From Cellvibrionales bacterium (GTDB lineage Bacteria > Pseudomonadota > Gammaproteobacteria > Pseudomonadales > Halieaceae), in NCBI GenBank assembly GCA_043585095.1, contig CP121321.1, positions 3,235,481 through 3,299,480 of the forward strand: 64,000 nt of DNA, written 5' to 3'. Of this stretch, positions 1 to 11,028 are shown one piece after another. The position numbers were made by a program, and so were the translations under genes. The first letter of the stretch is position 1. The number at the start of each line of letters is the position of its first letter. The notes beneath the pieces were generated by a model. The model saw only the letters and a program-made list of their open reading frames with translations. It searched no databases and was not told the DNA's origin.

Positions 1-720
1 GCCGAATCGGTTTTGGGCCAGCGCTTCCCCGCTTACCCGGTCTACCGCGTAGACCGGGATTCGATGCAACGCAAGGACGCCATGGCCACCCTGTCGGACA
101 CGGTTAACCGCGGCAACCCCTGCATTTTGCTGGGCACCCAGATGCTGACCAAAGGACATCACTTCCCCGCTGTCACTCTGGTCGGCTTACTGGATACAGA
201 CAACGCCTTATTCAGTGCTGATTTTCGCGGCCCCGAGCGCATGGGTCAGCTTATCACGCAGGTTGCGGGACGCGCCGGGCGCGCTCAGCGGCCGGGCCGG
301 GTCATGCTCCAAACCCACTATCCTGACCATCCGCTACTGACCACGCTGTTAACAGGTGGCTATGACAACTTTGCAGAAAGACTATTAGCGGAGCGCCAGT
401 CACTGGGTCTACCGCCGTATGGACATCTTCTGGTAGCGCGAGCAGACGCCCAGGACCTTAATGCGGCCGAACAGTTTCTCGCGGCGCTGCGACAGGGTTG
501 CTGCCTGGACGGGCTACCCGCTGGCACCCAGCTCATAGGCCCGCTGCCATCTCCAATGCAGCGACGTAAAGGTCGCTACCGCGCGCAGCTGCTGGCAGTC
601 GCCACCTCGCGCAGCGTCTTGCAAGCCATCGCTCGGCAGCTCGTGCAGCTCGGCGAGCAGTCGCCCACAGCGAGGCGGCTGAGCTGGTCAGTGGATATCG
701 ATGCGCTGGATACCGCCTGA
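1..720 (+). CDS. priA: Primosomal protein N' (PriA helicase), C-terminal part; the 5' end lies upstream of the window
   Basis: ORF open to the window edge. C-terminal helicase region with LLGTQMLTKGHHFP and QVAGRAGR motifs typical of PriA. Sits upstream of argS as in Pseudomonas-type synteny. Confidence 0.85.
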   Translation, partial: AESVLGQRFPAYPVYRVDRDSMQRKDAMATLSDTVNRGNPCILLGTQMLTKGHHFPAVTLVGLLDTDNALFSADFRGPERMGQLITQVAGRAGRAQRPGRVMLQTHYPDHPLLTTLLTGGYDNFAERLLAERQSLGLPPYGHLLVARADAQDLNAAEQFLAALRQGCCLDGLPAGTQLIGPLPSPMQRRKGRYRAQLLAVATSRSVLQAIARQLVQLGEQSPTARRLSWSVDIDALDTA

Positions 721-808
721 CGTAAGCCGACTACCGCGGGCACAGTAGCCACAGCCGCGGCGAACAGGGATAATGCCGGCCTTTGAAATCAAGCGCCCAG
801 ATAACCCC

Positions 809-2494
809 ATGAAGGAACACCTGAACGAGCTGATCAGCCAGGCCTTAAACACACTGGCCGAAGCCGGCGACCTGCCCAGCGACCTTGCCCCCAGGATTCA
901 ACTGGAGCGAACCCGCGACCCTTCACACGGTGATCTGGCCAGCAATATTGCGCTGACACTGGCGAAGCAGGCCGGCATGCCGCCACGGGACCTTGCCAGC
1001 AAGATTTGCGCAGCACTGCCTGCTTCACCCCAGCTCCGCAAAACCGAGATCGCCGGGCCAGGCTTTATCAACTTTTTCCTGACCGACGCCAGCAGTGCAG
1101 CGGTTGTTTCTACCATTTTGGCGCAGCGCGAACACTTCGGCCGCAGTGATACGAATGCCGGTCAGCAGGTGCAAGTTGAGTTCGTGTCGGCGAACCCGAC
1201 AGGGCCTTTGCATATTGGTCACGGCCGTCAAGCCGCACTGGGCGACTGCGCTGCGCGCTTACTGGAAGCGACCGGCTGGCAAGTCAGTCGAGAGTTCTAT
1301 TACAACGATGCTGGAGAGCAGATCAACAATCTGGCGCTGTCTGTGCAGGCCCGTGCAAGAGGCTTAAGCCCGGACGATGACGCCTGGCCTGCTGACGGCT
1401 ACCGCGGCGAATATATCAGCGACGTTGCCAGGGACTATCTGGCCGGCGCACACGTTGACGCGGCAGACAAACAAGTGGACGCCGCCGGTGACCCCGATAA
1501 TCTGGACGCTATTCGTGAATTCGCGGTGGCATATCTTCGCCACGAACAGGACCTGGACCTGCAGGCATTTGGCGTACAGTTTGATGTCTTCTTTCTGGAG
1601 TCTTCACTATATGAATCGGGCGAAGTGGACAGCACCGTTCAAGCACTGGTCAATCAGGGCCACACCTACGAAGAAGACGGCGCGCTTTGGCTCAAAACCA
1701 CCGACTACGGCGACGACAAAGATAGAGTAATGCGCAAGCGCGATGGCGGGTACACGTATTTTTTGCCCGATGTCGCCTACCACCACAACAAATGGCAGCG
1801 CGGCTTTAGCCGCGTGATTGACGTGCAGGGGGCGGACCACCACAGCACAGTAACCCGGGTTCGCGCCGGGCTGCAGGCCCTTGAGGTCGGGATACCCGAA
1901 GGCTGGCCGGAGTACGTACTGCACCAAATGGTCACGGTGATGCGCGGTGGTGCCGAAGTGAAAATTAGCAAGCGAGCTGGCAGCTACGTCACGCTGCGCG
2001 ACCTTATCGACGAGGTCGGTCAGGATGCGACGCGGTTTTTCCTTGCGGCCAGAGCACCGGGCTCCCAGCTCACTTTCGACATCGATTTGGCGCTAGCGCA
2101 ATCAAACGACAACCCTGTTTACTACGTGCAGTACGCCCACGCGAGAGTGTGCAGCGTGTTTCGAAAGCTGGAGGAAAATAAGGTTAGCTGGGATCAGGCG
2201 GCGGCGCTTGAGCAGCTCGACCAACTGGTTGAGGAGGAAGAAAAAGCCTTGCTCAAGCGACTTGATCAGTATCCAGAGCTTGTCAGCCTGTCGGCTCAGC
2301 GTTCTGAGCCGCACAATATTGCCAACTATTTGCGCGAGCTGGCCGGCGACTTTCACAGCTGGTACAACGCACATAAAGTGTTAGTCGACGACGCGGCTCA
2401 GCGTGACGCGCGGCTGGCGCTGTCAGCTGCGGTGGGTCAGGTCATTCGCAATGGTCTGTACCTACTGGGCGTTAGTGCACCAGAGAGCATGTAA
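809..2494 (+). CDS. argS: Arginine--tRNA ligase
   Basis: Class I aaRS with [14 protein letters not shown] (HIGH) and a KISKRAGS-type (KMSKS-like) motif. The ORF opens at 773, but alignment by eye to known ArgS N-termini favours the Met at 809 (MKEHLNELI...). Confidence 0.93.
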   Translation: MKEHLNELISQALNTLAEAGDLPSDLAPRIQLERTRDPSHGDLASNIALTLAKQAGMPPRDLASKICAALPASPQLRKTEIAGPGFINFFLTDASSAAVVSTILAQREHFGRSDTNAGQQVQVEFVSANPTGPLHIGHGRQAALGDCAARLLEATGWQVSREFYYNDAGEQINNLALSVQARARGLSPDDDAWPADGYRGEYISDVARDYLAGAHVDAADKQVDAAGDPDNLDAIREFAVAYLRHEQDLDLQAFGVQFDVFFLESSLYESGEVDSTVQALVNQGHTYEEDGALWLKTTDYGDDKDRVMRKRDGGYTYFLPDVAYHHNKWQRGFSRVIDVQGADHHSTVTRVRAGLQALEVGIPEGWPEYVLHQMVTVMRGGAEVKISKRAGSYVTLRDLIDEVGQDATRFFLAARAPGSQLTFDIDLALAQSNDNPVYYVQYAHARVCSVFRKLEENKVSWDQAAALEQLDQLVEEEEKALLKRLDQYPELVSLSAQRSEPHNIANYLRELAGDFHSWYNAHKVLVDDAAQRDARLALSAAVGQVIRNGLYLLGVSAPESM

Positions 2495-2497
2495 ACC

Positions 2498-3109
2498 GTG
2501 ACCCAGGATTTTGCCAACAAAGGTGGTAAACCGAAGCGCAGGTCCTCTAGCAAGAGCAGCGGCGGGTCATCCGGTCGCGACGGCGGTAACAAGCGCGGCC
2601 GCGACAAAGGCGGCAGCAACAAAAACAGTGGCAGCGCCACGCCGTGGCCGTGGTTTGTATCTGGAATGGTATGCGGGATATTACTGTCGGGCCTGGCGTG
2701 GCTGGCCTTGCAGCAGCCAGAAACTATCGAAGCCATTGAGGCGGCCACCGCACCGGTCACACAGGAGCGGCCGAAGCCGCGCTTCGACTTTTATACCTTG
2801 CTACCCGAACAACGCATCGACGTAGAACTGGAGCCGGATACAGTCGCGACCGAACGCCCCGAGCCCGTCATCAGCCAGTTTCTTCTACAGGCGGGGTCTT
2901 TCAAACAGGAAGACGATGCAGACCGCCGACGTGCCGAGCTGATCCTGCTGGGCCTGGAGGCGAGCATCAAAGCCGCCACCACCGATAACGGCCAGTGGTA
3001 TCGCGTCTATATCGGCCCTTTCGAGTCGCGCTCCAAGCTACAAAGCGCACGTAGCCTGACGGCACAGCAGGGCATCGACACACTGCTCCTAAAGCGACCT
3101 GCGGGCTGA
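2498..3109 (+). CDS. SPOR-domain cell-division/peptidoglycan-binding protein (FtsN/DedD-like)
   Basis: GTG start. Basic Gly/Ser-rich N-terminus, one TM segment and a C-terminal SPOR-like segment (FLLQAGSFKQEDDADRRRAEL...WYRVYIGPFESR). Confidence 0.75.
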   Translation: MTQDFANKGGKPKRRSSSKSSGGSSGRDGGNKRGRDKGGSNKNSGSATPWPWFVSGMVCGILLSGLAWLALQQPETIEAIEAATAPVTQERPKPRFDFYTLLPEQRIDVELEPDTVATERPEPVISQFLLQAGSFKQEDDADRRRAELILLGLEASIKAATTDNGQWYRVYIGPFESRSKLQSARSLTAQQGIDTLLLKRPAG

Positions 3110-3166
3110 GTAGCGCCACACCCGATTTTTCAGTCACGCGTCGAATACAGCGCAGTAAAGCCCGCG

Positions 3167-3195
3167 CTTGAACTTGGCCTGGCGCGCCCCCATAT
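3167..3195 (+). promoter_or_regulatory. Sigma-32 (RpoH) heat-shock promoter upstream of hslVU
   Basis: CTTGAA (3167-3172), a 15-nt spacer, then CCCCATAT (3188-3195). This matches the CTTGAAA / CCCCATnT consensus and lies about 25 nt upstream of the hslV start, where an AGGAG Shine-Dalgarno sits at 3209-3213. Confidence 0.7.
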
Positions 3196-3220
3196 CCCGC
3201 TAAGCTGCAGGAGAAAAACT

Positions 3221-3769
3221 TTGGAACAATATCGCGGAACCACCATTCTGTCCGTTCGGCGTGGCAACTCTGTTGTCATTGGCGGTGATGGCCAGGTGTC
3301 ATTGGGTAATACCGTCATGAAGGGCAACGCGCGTAAAGTGCGGCGACTCTATAAAGACCGCGTGCTGGCCGGGTTTGCTGGCGGCACTGCCGATGCGTTC
3401 ACGCTGTTTGAGCTATTCGAGGCCCAACTCGACAAACATCAGGGGCATCTGGTACGCGCGGCAGTAGAGCTTGCCAAGGCCTGGCGCACCGAGCGCTCGC
3501 TGCGCCGGCTGGAGGCGTTACTAGCGGTGGCGGACGCGCACACATCTCTAGTCATCACCGGCAATGGTGATGTCATCGAACCCGAAGACAACCTGATTGC
3601 GATTGGTTCAGGGGGCCCGTTTGCTCAGTCCGCTGCCCGCGCCTTGCTCGACAACACCGAGCTATCAGCGCGGGACGTCGTCGAAAAAGGACTCGGCATC
3701 GCTGCCGACATCTGCATTTACACTAATCATAACCGCGTCATCGAAGAGCTCGACTGCGGTCAGGAGTAA
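3221..3769 (+). CDS. hslV: ATP-dependent protease subunit HslV
   Basis: TTG start with an [46 protein letters not shown] is a near-canonical HslV N-terminus. The short MEQYRG leader before the catalytic Thr is also seen in other HslV proteins. Confidence 0.95.
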   Translation: MEQYRGTTILSVRRGNSVVIGGDGQVSLGNTVMKGNARKVRRLYKDRVLAGFAGGTADAFTLFELFEAQLDKHQGHLVRAAVELAKAWRTERSLRRLEALLAVADAHTSLVITGNGDVIEPEDNLIAIGSGGPFAQSAARALLDNTELSARDVVEKGLGIAADICIYTNHNRVIEELDCGQE

Positions 3770-3772
3770 TCC

Positions 3773-5092
3773 GTGTCAAACATGACCCCCCGGGAAATTG
3801 TCCACGAGTTGGACCGGCATATTATTGGCCAGGATGAGGCAAAACGCGCCGTGGCCATCGCGCTGCGTAACCGCTGGCGCCGCTTGCAGCTCGATGACGA
3901 TCTGCAAACTGAGATCACTCCCAAAAACATCTTGATGATCGGTCCCACCGGCGTCGGTAAGACAGAAATCGCCAGACGGCTGGCGCGACTTGCAAACGCC
4001 CCCTTCATTAAGGTTGAAGCGACCAAGTTCACCGAGGTGGGTTACGTGGGACGGGACGTGGAATCCATCATAAGAGACCTCGTCGATGTCTCCATCAAAA
4101 TGCTGCGTGAACAGGAGATGGAAAAGGTGCAATTTCGCGCAGAAGAAGCAGCAGAGGAGCGCATCCTTGATCTGCTATTGACGCCGGCGCGCGACGGCGA
4201 CAGCGCCGACTCCTCTACTCGACAAATGCTGCGCAAGAAACTGCGCGAGGGCGAGCTGGATGAACGCGAAATCGAGGTTGAGCTTGCCGACCCCGGCGCA
4301 GGGGTCGAGATTATGGCGCCACCTGGGATGGAAGAAATGACCAGCCAGCTGCAAAACATGTTCTCCAATCTGTCCGGGCAACGCACCAAAGCACGCAAGG
4401 TCACAGTGAAGACCGCTTTTGAAAGCCTGCGCGATGAAGAGGCGGCAAAGCTGGTCAATCAGGATGATCTCAAGCAACGTGCCCTGCACGCCGCAGAGCA
4501 AACCGGCATCGTTTTCATCGACGAGCTCGATAAAGTCGCCAAGCGCGGTGAAACCGGCGGCACCGACGTGTCACGAGAGGGCGTGCAGCGCGATTTGCTG
4601 CCGCTGATTGAGGGTTCCACCGTCAGCACCAAGCACGGCATGATCAAAACCGACCATATCCTTTTTATCGCCTCTGGTGCCTTTCACCTGGCCAAACCGT
4701 CTGACCTGATACCCGAGTTACAGGGCCGACTGCCGATCCGCGTCGAACTGGCTGCACTGACGCCCGGCGACTTCGAACGCATCCTGGTAGAGCCCCGCGC
4801 GTCGCTTACCGAGCAATATCAGGCGCTGCTGGGCACCGAAGGTCTGAAACTGTCTTTCAGGGATGATGGCATCCGACGGCTCGCTGAGATCGCCTGGCAA
4901 GTCAATGAAAGCACTGAGAACATCGGCGCACGCCGGCTGCATACAGTGATGGAAAGACTGCTTGAAGACGCCAGCTACAACGCCACCGACGCCAGCCTCA
5001 AGGAAGGTCAGCTTGCAGTTGATGCAGACTACGTTGACAGCCAATTGGCTGCCCTGAGTCAGGATGAAGATTTGAGCCGCTTTATTCTTTAA
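3773..5092 (+). CDS. hslU: ATP-dependent protease ATPase subunit HslU
   Basis: [21 protein letters not shown]-terminus, Walker [16 protein letters not shown], and length typical of HslU. Confidence 0.97.
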   Translation: MSNMTPREIVHELDRHIIGQDEAKRAVAIALRNRWRRLQLDDDLQTEITPKNILMIGPTGVGKTEIARRLARLANAPFIKVEATKFTEVGYVGRDVESIIRDLVDVSIKMLREQEMEKVQFRAEEAAEERILDLLLTPARDGDSADSSTRQMLRKKLREGELDEREIEVELADPGAGVEIMAPPGMEEMTSQLQNMFSNLSGQRTKARKVTVKTAFESLRDEEAAKLVNQDDLKQRALHAAEQTGIVFIDELDKVAKRGETGGTDVSREGVQRDLLPLIEGSTVSTKHGMIKTDHILFIASGAFHLAKPSDLIPELQGRLPIRVELAALTPGDFERILVEPRASLTEQYQALLGTEGLKLSFRDDGIRRLAEIAWQVNESTENIGARRLHTVMERLLEDASYNATDASLKEGQLAVDADYVDSQLAALSQDEDLSRFIL

Positions 5093-5161
5093 CAGTACGC
5101 TAAGGCATAGCCCCGCTGCGTGCCCAATAGGGACGCCATCAGGGCACATTAGAGACAGGCC

Positions 5162-5536
5162 ATGACACCACAGAAAATCCATCTACATCAGGCCTCCAGA
5201 GAGCTGGAGCTGGTATACAGCGATGCCAGCTACCGCCTGTCCTGTGAGTTGCTGCGAGTTCATTCACCGTCAGCCGAAGTCAAAGGCCATGGCCCGGGCC
5301 AGGACGTTTTGCAGGTCGGCAAAAAGCAGGTGGGCATAACTGACGTCAAGCCGGTGGGCAATTACGCCCTGCAGCTTTTTTTCGATGACGGTCATGACTC
5401 CGGGATCTACAGCTGGTCCTACCTGCGTGAGCTATGCGAGAAGCAAGATAGGCTATGGTCAGCCTACCTCGCCAGACTGGAAGCCGAGGGCGGCAGTCGC
5501 GACCCGGAAGTTCAGGTTCTCCAATTCGACCCCTGA
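5162..5536 (+). CDS. DUF971 (gamma-butyrobetaine hydroxylase-like N-terminal domain) protein
   Basis: Sequence pattern [10 protein letters not shown]...[27 protein letters not shown], and the conserved position between hslU and ubiE. Confidence 0.75.
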   Translation: MTPQKIHLHQASRELELVYSDASYRLSCELLRVHSPSAEVKGHGPGQDVLQVGKKQVGITDVKPVGNYALQLFFDDGHDSGIYSWSYLRELCEKQDRLWSAYLARLEAEGGSRDPEVQVLQFDP

Positions 5537-5585
5537 GGGTCCCAACGCGGTACAATGGTCGGCCAAATTGCCAAAACACCGAACC

Positions 5586-6335
5586 ATGAGCGAGACAAAA
5601 AAGACCCACTTTGGTTATCAACAGGTTGATCAGGACGCAAAAGAGAGCCTGGTTGCCGGGGTGTTCGATTCTGTAGCCGCACGCTACGACCTGATGAATG
5701 ACTTGATGTCAGGCGGCATCCACCGCGTGTGGAAGCGCTTCACCATTGAAGTGAGCGCTGCGAGACCAGGCCAGCATATTCTGGACATTGCCGGTGGCAC
5801 CGGCGATCTCGCCGCACGGTTTGCCGACATAGTCGGCAAGGAAGGCTCGGTCGTGCTAGCGGATATCAATGCCTCGATGCTAGCCGTCGGGCGCGACAAG
5901 CTGATCAACACCGGCTATTCAGGCAATATCGAATACGTTCAGGCCAACGCCGAATGCCTGCCTTTCCCAGACTATCACTTCGACACCGTGACCATTGCTT
6001 TTGGTCTGCGCAACGTCACCGAAAAAGAACGTGCTATCGCCGATATGCTGCGAGTTCTCAAGCCAGGCGGCCGACTTTTGATTCTGGAGTTCTCCAAGCC
6101 TCGCAGTGAATTGCTGTCGAAAGCTTATGATAGCTATTCGTTCAATATCCTCCCGGTTTTAGGCCGCATGGTAGCGGGCGATAGCGACAGTTATCAGTAC
6201 CTTGCGGAAAGTATTCGCATGCATCCGAATCAGGACACCTTGAAAGACATGATGGAAGACGCGGGCTTTGTGCGCTGTGAATACTTCAATATGACCGGTG
6301 GCATTGTTGCGCTGCACCGGGGCTTCAAGGCCTGA
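5586..6335 (+). CDS. ubiE: Ubiquinone/menaquinone biosynthesis C-methyltransferase UbiE
   Basis: THFGYQQV...[15 protein letters not shown] and the SAM motif LDIAGGTGD. The ORF-track start at 5385 is an N-terminal over-extension; the Met at 5586 matches the UbiE N-terminus. Confidence 0.95.
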   Translation: MSETKKTHFGYQQVDQDAKESLVAGVFDSVAARYDLMNDLMSGGIHRVWKRFTIEVSAARPGQHILDIAGGTGDLAARFADIVGKEGSVVLADINASMLAVGRDKLINTGYSGNIEYVQANAECLPFPDYHFDTVTIAFGLRNVTEKERAIADMLRVLKPGGRLLILEFSKPRSELLSKAYDSYSFNILPVLGRMVAGDSDSYQYLAESIRMHPNQDTLKDMMEDAGFVRCEYFNMTGGIVALHRGFKA

Positions 6336-6337
6336 CG

Positions 6338-6964
6338 ATGGACCCAACCCTGCACACAGCAGGCGCGGCGGCGCTCGAAACGGCGGTTAATCAGGCTCTT
6401 AACCTGGACCCTGCAGTGGCGGGTCAATTGAGTGCCTTGGAGGGCCGGGTTTTCCATCTGGACTGCACAGCACCGCAGATCAGTCTTTATCTGGTGCCCA
6501 CCGCGGGCCGAGTCAGCCTGAGAAGTTTCCATGATGGTGAGGTCACCACGGCGATTCGTGGCACGGCACGTGACTTTGCTGACCTCGCTGCTTCGGACGA
6601 TCCGGCTGCTGCCCTGATTAATGGCAATATTGCGCTGGTCGGCGACAGCAGCCCACTTATGGAGCTGCAACGTATTCTGTCTGCCCTTGAGCTTGACTGG
6701 GAAGCGCCGTTGGTCGACTCGCTGGGCGACGTCGCGGGACACCAGCTGGCCGAGGCATTGCGCGGCCTGTTTTCCTGGGGCCGCGGCGCCCATTCCAGCC
6801 TGATGCGGCAGCTTGAAGAATATATACACGAAGAAGCGCGCCTGTCGCCTCCTCGTCAGGAGCTAGAAGATTTTTATGAAGATGTAGCCGTATTGGGCCA
6901 GCGCGTTGAACGTCTGCAGGCGCGCATTCGCAAACTCGCCGCAACCGTGGCCGAGGCTTCCTGA
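6338..6964 (+). CDS. ubiJ: Ubiquinone biosynthesis accessory factor UbiJ (SCP2-domain, YigP-like)
   Basis: Position between ubiE and ubiB, size about 200 aa, and an SCP2-like N-terminal half. Confidence 0.75.
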   Translation: MDPTLHTAGAAALETAVNQALNLDPAVAGQLSALEGRVFHLDCTAPQISLYLVPTAGRVSLRSFHDGEVTTAIRGTARDFADLAASDDPAAALINGNIALVGDSSPLMELQRILSALELDWEAPLVDSLGDVAGHQLAEALRGLFSWGRGAHSSLMRQLEEYIHEEARLSPPRQELEDFYEDVAVLGQRVERLQARIRKLAATVAEAS

Positions 6965-6965
6965 G

Positions 6966-8612
6966 ATGTCTCGCAGTGCTCGCATAGCCAAAATAGCCTG
7001 GGTATTCAGTCGCTATCGGCTAGATACTTTCATCGACCCGGATCGACTGTCTGGAAAAGCGCGATGGCTTTGGCGCCTGGGACCCTGGCGACTAACGGGC
7101 ACGCCTTCAGAAAGCCGCGGCGAAAGACTGCGTAAAGCACTGGAGGAGCTGGGTCCGGTGTTTATCAAATTCGGCCAGATGTTATCGACGCGGCGCGACC
7201 TGTTGCCGCCCGATATCGCGGACGAGCTGGCCAAGCTTCAGGATCAGGTGCCACCTTTCCCCGCTTCACAGTTTCGCGACATTGTCGAAGCTAGTCTGGG
7301 TGCTTCTGTGGATACCTTATTTGCAGATTTTGACAGTGAACCGCTGGCCTCAGCCTCGGTCGCACAGGTCCATAGTGCTTCTCTTCACTCTGGCGAAGAT
7401 GTCGTTGTGAAAGTGATTCGGCCGGGCATTGAGCCGGTGATTCGTCAGGATCTGCGGCTGATGCATCTACTTGCTAGCTTGCTGCATCGCCTGTCACCCG
7501 ATGGTCGGCGCCTGCGACCTAAAGAAGTGGTGAGTGACTACGAGATCACTATCCTTGATGAGTTAGACCTGCAGCGCGAAGCCGCCAACGCATCACAACT
7601 GCGACGTAATTGGGAAGGCAGCCCACTGTGCTATGTGCCAGAGGTCCACTGGGATTACACGCGCCGCGATGTCTATGTTATGGAACGCATCTACGGCGTA
7701 CCGGTTACCGACATGGCGGCGCTGCGCGCCTCCGGAACCGACCTCAAACTACTGGCAGAACGCGGCGTGGAGATCTTCTTCACTCAGGTTTTTCGCGACA
7801 GCTTTTTCCATGCGGACATGCATCCGGGAAACATCTTTGTGGATATCGCCAACCCGGGTGATCCACGTTACATCGCCATCGACTGCGCCATCATTGGCAG
7901 CCTCAGCGAGAGCGATCAGTACTATTTGGCTCGCAACCTGCTGGCCATCTTCAAGCGCGACTATCGCGAGTGCGCCGAGTTGCACGTCGAATGCGGCTGG
8001 GTTCCACCGGGCACCCGCGTACAGGACTTTGAATCGGCCATGCGGGCAGTATGTGAGCCGGTGTTTGAAAAACCGCTGGCCGAAATATCCTTCGGCCAAC
8101 TGTTGATCTACCTGTTCCAGACCGCACGCCGGTTCAACATGGAAGTACAGCCCTCACTGGTGTTGCTGCAGAAGACGCTGCTCAACATCGAAGGACTGGG
8201 CAGACAGCTGTATCCGGAGTTGGACCTGTGGACTACGGCCATGCCGTATTTGGAGCGCTGGATGCAACAGCGTTATTCACCCCAGGCCATGCTCGATCGT
8301 GTAAAACGCCAGGCGCCGGGATGGCTCGAGCAACTGCCACGGCTTCCCGAAGCCGTTTTCGAAAGCCTGCAGCAAACCCGCGAACTAGATAAGCAAGCGA
8401 GTTACCAGCGCCAGCGCCTCGACACCCTACAGCGCCAGATCCAGCGTGAAGACAGCCGCCGCAAGCGCGGTGTTTTCGCTATCCTGCTGTTCGGTGCTGC
8501 CGCCGCCAGCGCCATGCCGAACGGTTTTGATCAGCTAAGCCAGTGGCCACTGCTAAGCTGGGCCTTCATCGGGCTGGGATTAGTATTACTGTGGCCGCGG
8601 CCCCGGGTATGA
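6966..8612 (+). CDS. ubiB: Ubiquinone biosynthesis regulatory protein kinase UbiB (ABC1 family)
   Basis: ABC1/UbiB motifs ([37 protein letters not shown]) and C-terminal TM segments. The Met at 6966 follows the ubiJ stop. Confidence 0.93.
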   Translation: MSRSARIAKIAWVFSRYRLDTFIDPDRLSGKARWLWRLGPWRLTGTPSESRGERLRKALEELGPVFIKFGQMLSTRRDLLPPDIADELAKLQDQVPPFPASQFRDIVEASLGASVDTLFADFDSEPLASASVAQVHSASLHSGEDVVVKVIRPGIEPVIRQDLRLMHLLASLLHRLSPDGRRLRPKEVVSDYEITILDELDLQREAANASQLRRNWEGSPLCYVPEVHWDYTRRDVYVMERIYGVPVTDMAALRASGTDLKLLAERGVEIFFTQVFRDSFFHADMHPGNIFVDIANPGDPRYIAIDCAIIGSLSESDQYYLARNLLAIFKRDYRECAELHVECGWVPPGTRVQDFESAMRAVCEPVFEKPLAEISFGQLLIYLFQTARRFNMEVQPSLVLLQKTLLNIEGLGRQLYPELDLWTTAMPYLERWMQQRYSPQAMLDRVKRQAPGWLEQLPRLPEAVFESLQQTRELDKQASYQRQRLDTLQRQIQREDSRRKRGVFAILLFGAAAASAMPNGFDQLSQWPLLSWAFIGLGLVLLWPRPRV

Positions 8613-8682
8613 GAGCTGAGGGGTTGTATCTAAGGAATGAGGGCGAAAGGGTGAGCAGTGAGCGCTGTGAGATAATCGAGCC

Positions 8683-9072
8683 ATGACGACAGATACAACA
8701 TTGCTGGGGCAGGTGCGCTGGAACGAGCAGGGTTTGGTTCCTGCCATCGCGCAGGATGCGGAATCAGGCGAGGTCTTGATGATGGCCTGGATGAACAGGG
8801 AAGCACTGTCCACAACCGTCGCAGAGGGTCGTGCAGTCTACTACTCCCGGTCCCGTCAGGCGCTCTGGCGTAAAGGCGAGAGCTCAGGCCACGTTCAGGT
8901 CCTACATGACATACGCCTGGACTGCGACGGCGATACGATACTGTTGAAGGTTGAGCAGATCGGCGGTATCGCCTGCCACACGGGCCGACGCCATTGCTTT
9001 ATGCATACCTGGTCAGACGGGCACTGGCAGGTCAGTGACCCGGTTTTAAAAGACCCCAAAGACATTTATTGA
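8683..9072 (+). CDS. hisI: Phosphoribosyl-AMP cyclohydrolase
   Basis: LVPAIAQD...MMAWMN...[16 protein letters not shown]...DCDGDTILL pattern typical of HisI. Confidence 0.93.
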   Translation: MTTDTTLLGQVRWNEQGLVPAIAQDAESGEVLMMAWMNREALSTTVAEGRAVYYSRSRQALWRKGESSGHVQVLHDIRLDCDGDTILLKVEQIGGIACHTGRRHCFMHTWSDGHWQVSDPVLKDPKDIY

Positions 9073-9079
9073 GCGCTAG

Positions 9080-9418
9080 ATGAACGACATATTGCAACAA
9101 TTGGACAGCATAATCGCGCAGCGTCGAGCAGCAGACCCGAGTGAGTCTTATGTCGCCCAGCTTAACGCCGCTGGGTTGAACAAGATCCTGGAAAAGGTCG
9201 GTGAAGAGTCTGTGGAAACCATTATTGCCGCGAAGGACTGCCAACAAGGCCAGGGTAGCGAGCAATTGATCAGCGAAACCGCCGATCTCTGGTTCCACTG
9301 CATGGTGATGCTGTCCCATTTGGGCTGCGACAGTGAAGCCGTTGTGGCAGAGCTGGCACGACGTTTTGATGTTTCCGGGCTGTCTGAAAAAGCGGCCCGG
9401 TCCAAACCCGTCGATTGA
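9080..9418 (+). CDS. hisE: Phosphoribosyl-ATP pyrophosphatase
   Basis: SYVAQL...KILEKVGEE..E.IIAAK...ETADLWFH pattern. Directly follows hisI. Confidence 0.92.
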   Translation: MNDILQQLDSIIAQRRAADPSESYVAQLNAAGLNKILEKVGEESVETIIAAKDCQQGQGSEQLISETADLWFHCMVMLSHLGCDSEAVVAELARRFDVSGLSEKAARSKPVD

Positions 9419-9463
9419 ACGGGATAGTGAATACGGCGAAAGCCAGAAGGAAAGGAGATAAGC

Positions 9464-9694
9464 ATGGGTATTGGAGGAATCAGCGTCTGGCAGCTTCTGA
9501 TCATTTTATTGATCGTAGTGATGTTATTCGGTACCAAGCGCCTGCGTGGCCTTGGCAGTGATCTGGGATCCGCCATTAAGGGTTTCCGTAGCTCTATGAG
9601 CAATGAAGATGGCGCAGCGGAAGATCAATCCGACACCGAGGATGGTGCCGCGGATACCGCACAGTTGAAAGAAGACGAAAGCAAAAGCCCGTAG
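9464..9694 (+). CDS. tatA: Sec-independent translocase protein TatA
   Basis: [42 protein letters not shown] is a canonical TatA N-terminus. Confidence 0.95.
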   Translation: MGIGGISVWQLLIILLIVVMLFGTKRLRGLGSDLGSAIKGFRSSMSNEDGAAEDQSDTEDGAADTAQLKEDESKSP

Positions 9695-9712
9695 CAACCG
9701 CGGAAATAGCGC

Positions 9713-10282
9713 ATGTTCGACATAGGCTTTCTTGAACTGGTTATCGTCAGCGTGGTGGGCTTGCTGGTGCTTGGCCCGGAGCGCTTGCCGGGCGCAATTC
9801 GGACGGTCAGTCTCTATGTGGGCAAGATACGATCCAGTTTCTCCGGGATCCGCGCTGAAATAGAAAGAGAGCTGCGCACCGATGAAATTCGTCAGGATCT
9901 GCACAATCAGGCGATTATGCAGGAGCTGCGACAAACCGAGCGCGAATTACGCCAAGGGTTGAATGCCCACAACGACGTGAAGCTTGGCAAAGACGGCTAT
10001 CCAATAGAGGACACCCCAGGCTCTGAGACGGCAGCCGCGGATGGTGTTCATGACGGGGACGCTAAAGACGCATCCAGCGCTGCAACCACATCGACGTCCA
10101 AGTCAGAGGCCGCGGACGCGCAGCCCGACGAAAGCGATTCCCAAGAGAATCGCATTACATCACCGACCGCACTGGACCAGGCCCCGAGCGATGCAATGCC
10201 CGATAACCGTGACAGCGGTTCACCCGAGCGCGATGAGCAGCCTGAAGCCGACAATCAGGACGACACCAGACAGACGCCATGA
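9713..10282 (+). CDS. tatB: Sec-independent translocase protein TatB
   Basis: MFDIGFLELVIVSVVGLLVLGPERLP N-terminus with an acidic low-complexity tail. Confidence 0.92.
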   Translation: MFDIGFLELVIVSVVGLLVLGPERLPGAIRTVSLYVGKIRSSFSGIRAEIERELRTDEIRQDLHNQAIMQELRQTERELRQGLNAHNDVKLGKDGYPIEDTPGSETAAADGVHDGDAKDASSAATTSTSKSEAADAQPDESDSQENRITSPTALDQAPSDAMPDNRDSGSPERDEQPEADNQDDTRQTP

Positions 10283-11028
10283 GTGCCGACGAAAACGCTA
10301 ACGATACGGCGATGCCGCTGGTTGCTCACCTCAGCGAACTGCGCGACCGCCTGTTGAAAAGCGTACTCGCCGTGTTGGTGGTTTTCATTGGCCTGTTCGC
10401 GTTCGCCAACGAAATCTACGAGTATGTCTCCAAACCCCTGCGCGCTCTGCTGCCGGAAGGTTCGAGCATGATTGCCACCGAAGTGGCGTCGCCCTTTCTC
10501 ACGCCTTTCAAGTTGACGCTGGTAGTGGCAATTTTCATCGCCATTCCCTACGTACTGTTCCAGCTGTGGAGCTTTGTTGCACCCGGCATGTACCAAAAGG
10601 AAAAGAAGCTCGCCATACCGTTGTTGGCGTCTAGCGTGCTGCTGTTCTACGGCGGCGCAGCATTTGCCTACTATGTGGTGTTTCCGCTGATCTTTGGTTT
10701 CTTTACCTCGGTCGGGCCGGGCGACGTCACGATCATGACCGACATCAACAGCTATCTGGACTTTGTGCTGAAGCTGTTTTTTGCGTTTGGTCTCGCCTTC
10801 GAAATACCCATCGCTGCGGTTATCCTTATACGCGTCGGCATCACTACCGCCGACGAGCTAGCCGCCAAGCGGCCGTATATCGTTGTGGGCTGCTTCGTAC
10901 TGGGTATGCTGCTTACACCGCCGGATATCATTTCACAGTCACTGCTGGCTTTACCGATGTGGCTGTTGTTTGAGATTGGCGTCGTTTTTGGTCGGCTAAT
11001 TACCCCTCAAACCGAAACTGCGCCGTAA
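10279..11028 (+). CDS. tatC: Sec-independent translocase protein TatC
   Basis: Six-TM protein with HLSELRDRLLKS, and a 4-nt overlap with tatB. Confidence 0.95.
   Translation: MSADENANDTAMPLVAHLSELRDRLLKSVLAVLVVFIGLFAFANEIYEYVSKPLRALLPEGSSMIATEVASPFLTPFKLTLVVAIFIAIPYVLFQLWSFVAPGMYQKEKKLAIPLLASSVLLFYGGAAFAYYVVFPLIFGFFTSVGPGDVTIMTDINSYLDFVLKLFFAFGLAFEIPIAAVILIRVGITTADELAAKRPYIVVGCFVLGMLLTPPDIISQSLLALPMWLLFEIGVVFGRLITPQTETAP

Noticed and set aside
3221-3241. HslV N-terminal MEQYRG leader before the catalytic Thr, considered as a novel proteasome-like propeptide.
   Set aside because: As I recall, similar MEQF(H/R)(G/A)TT N-termini occur in HslV of other proteobacteria, so this is a known family variation.
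5385-5585. N-terminal extensions in the ORF track, for ubiE here and also for ubiB (6906), the ABC exporter (12760), the secreted protein (33915), glnA (58007), ntrB (60550), ntrC (61655), the dehalogenase (23611), pntAA (27990) and the serine hydrolase (21454).
   Set aside because: The extensions overlap upstream genes or regulatory sites. Internal Met codons reproduce the canonical N-termini of the respective families, so they were trimmed rather than treated as novel domains.
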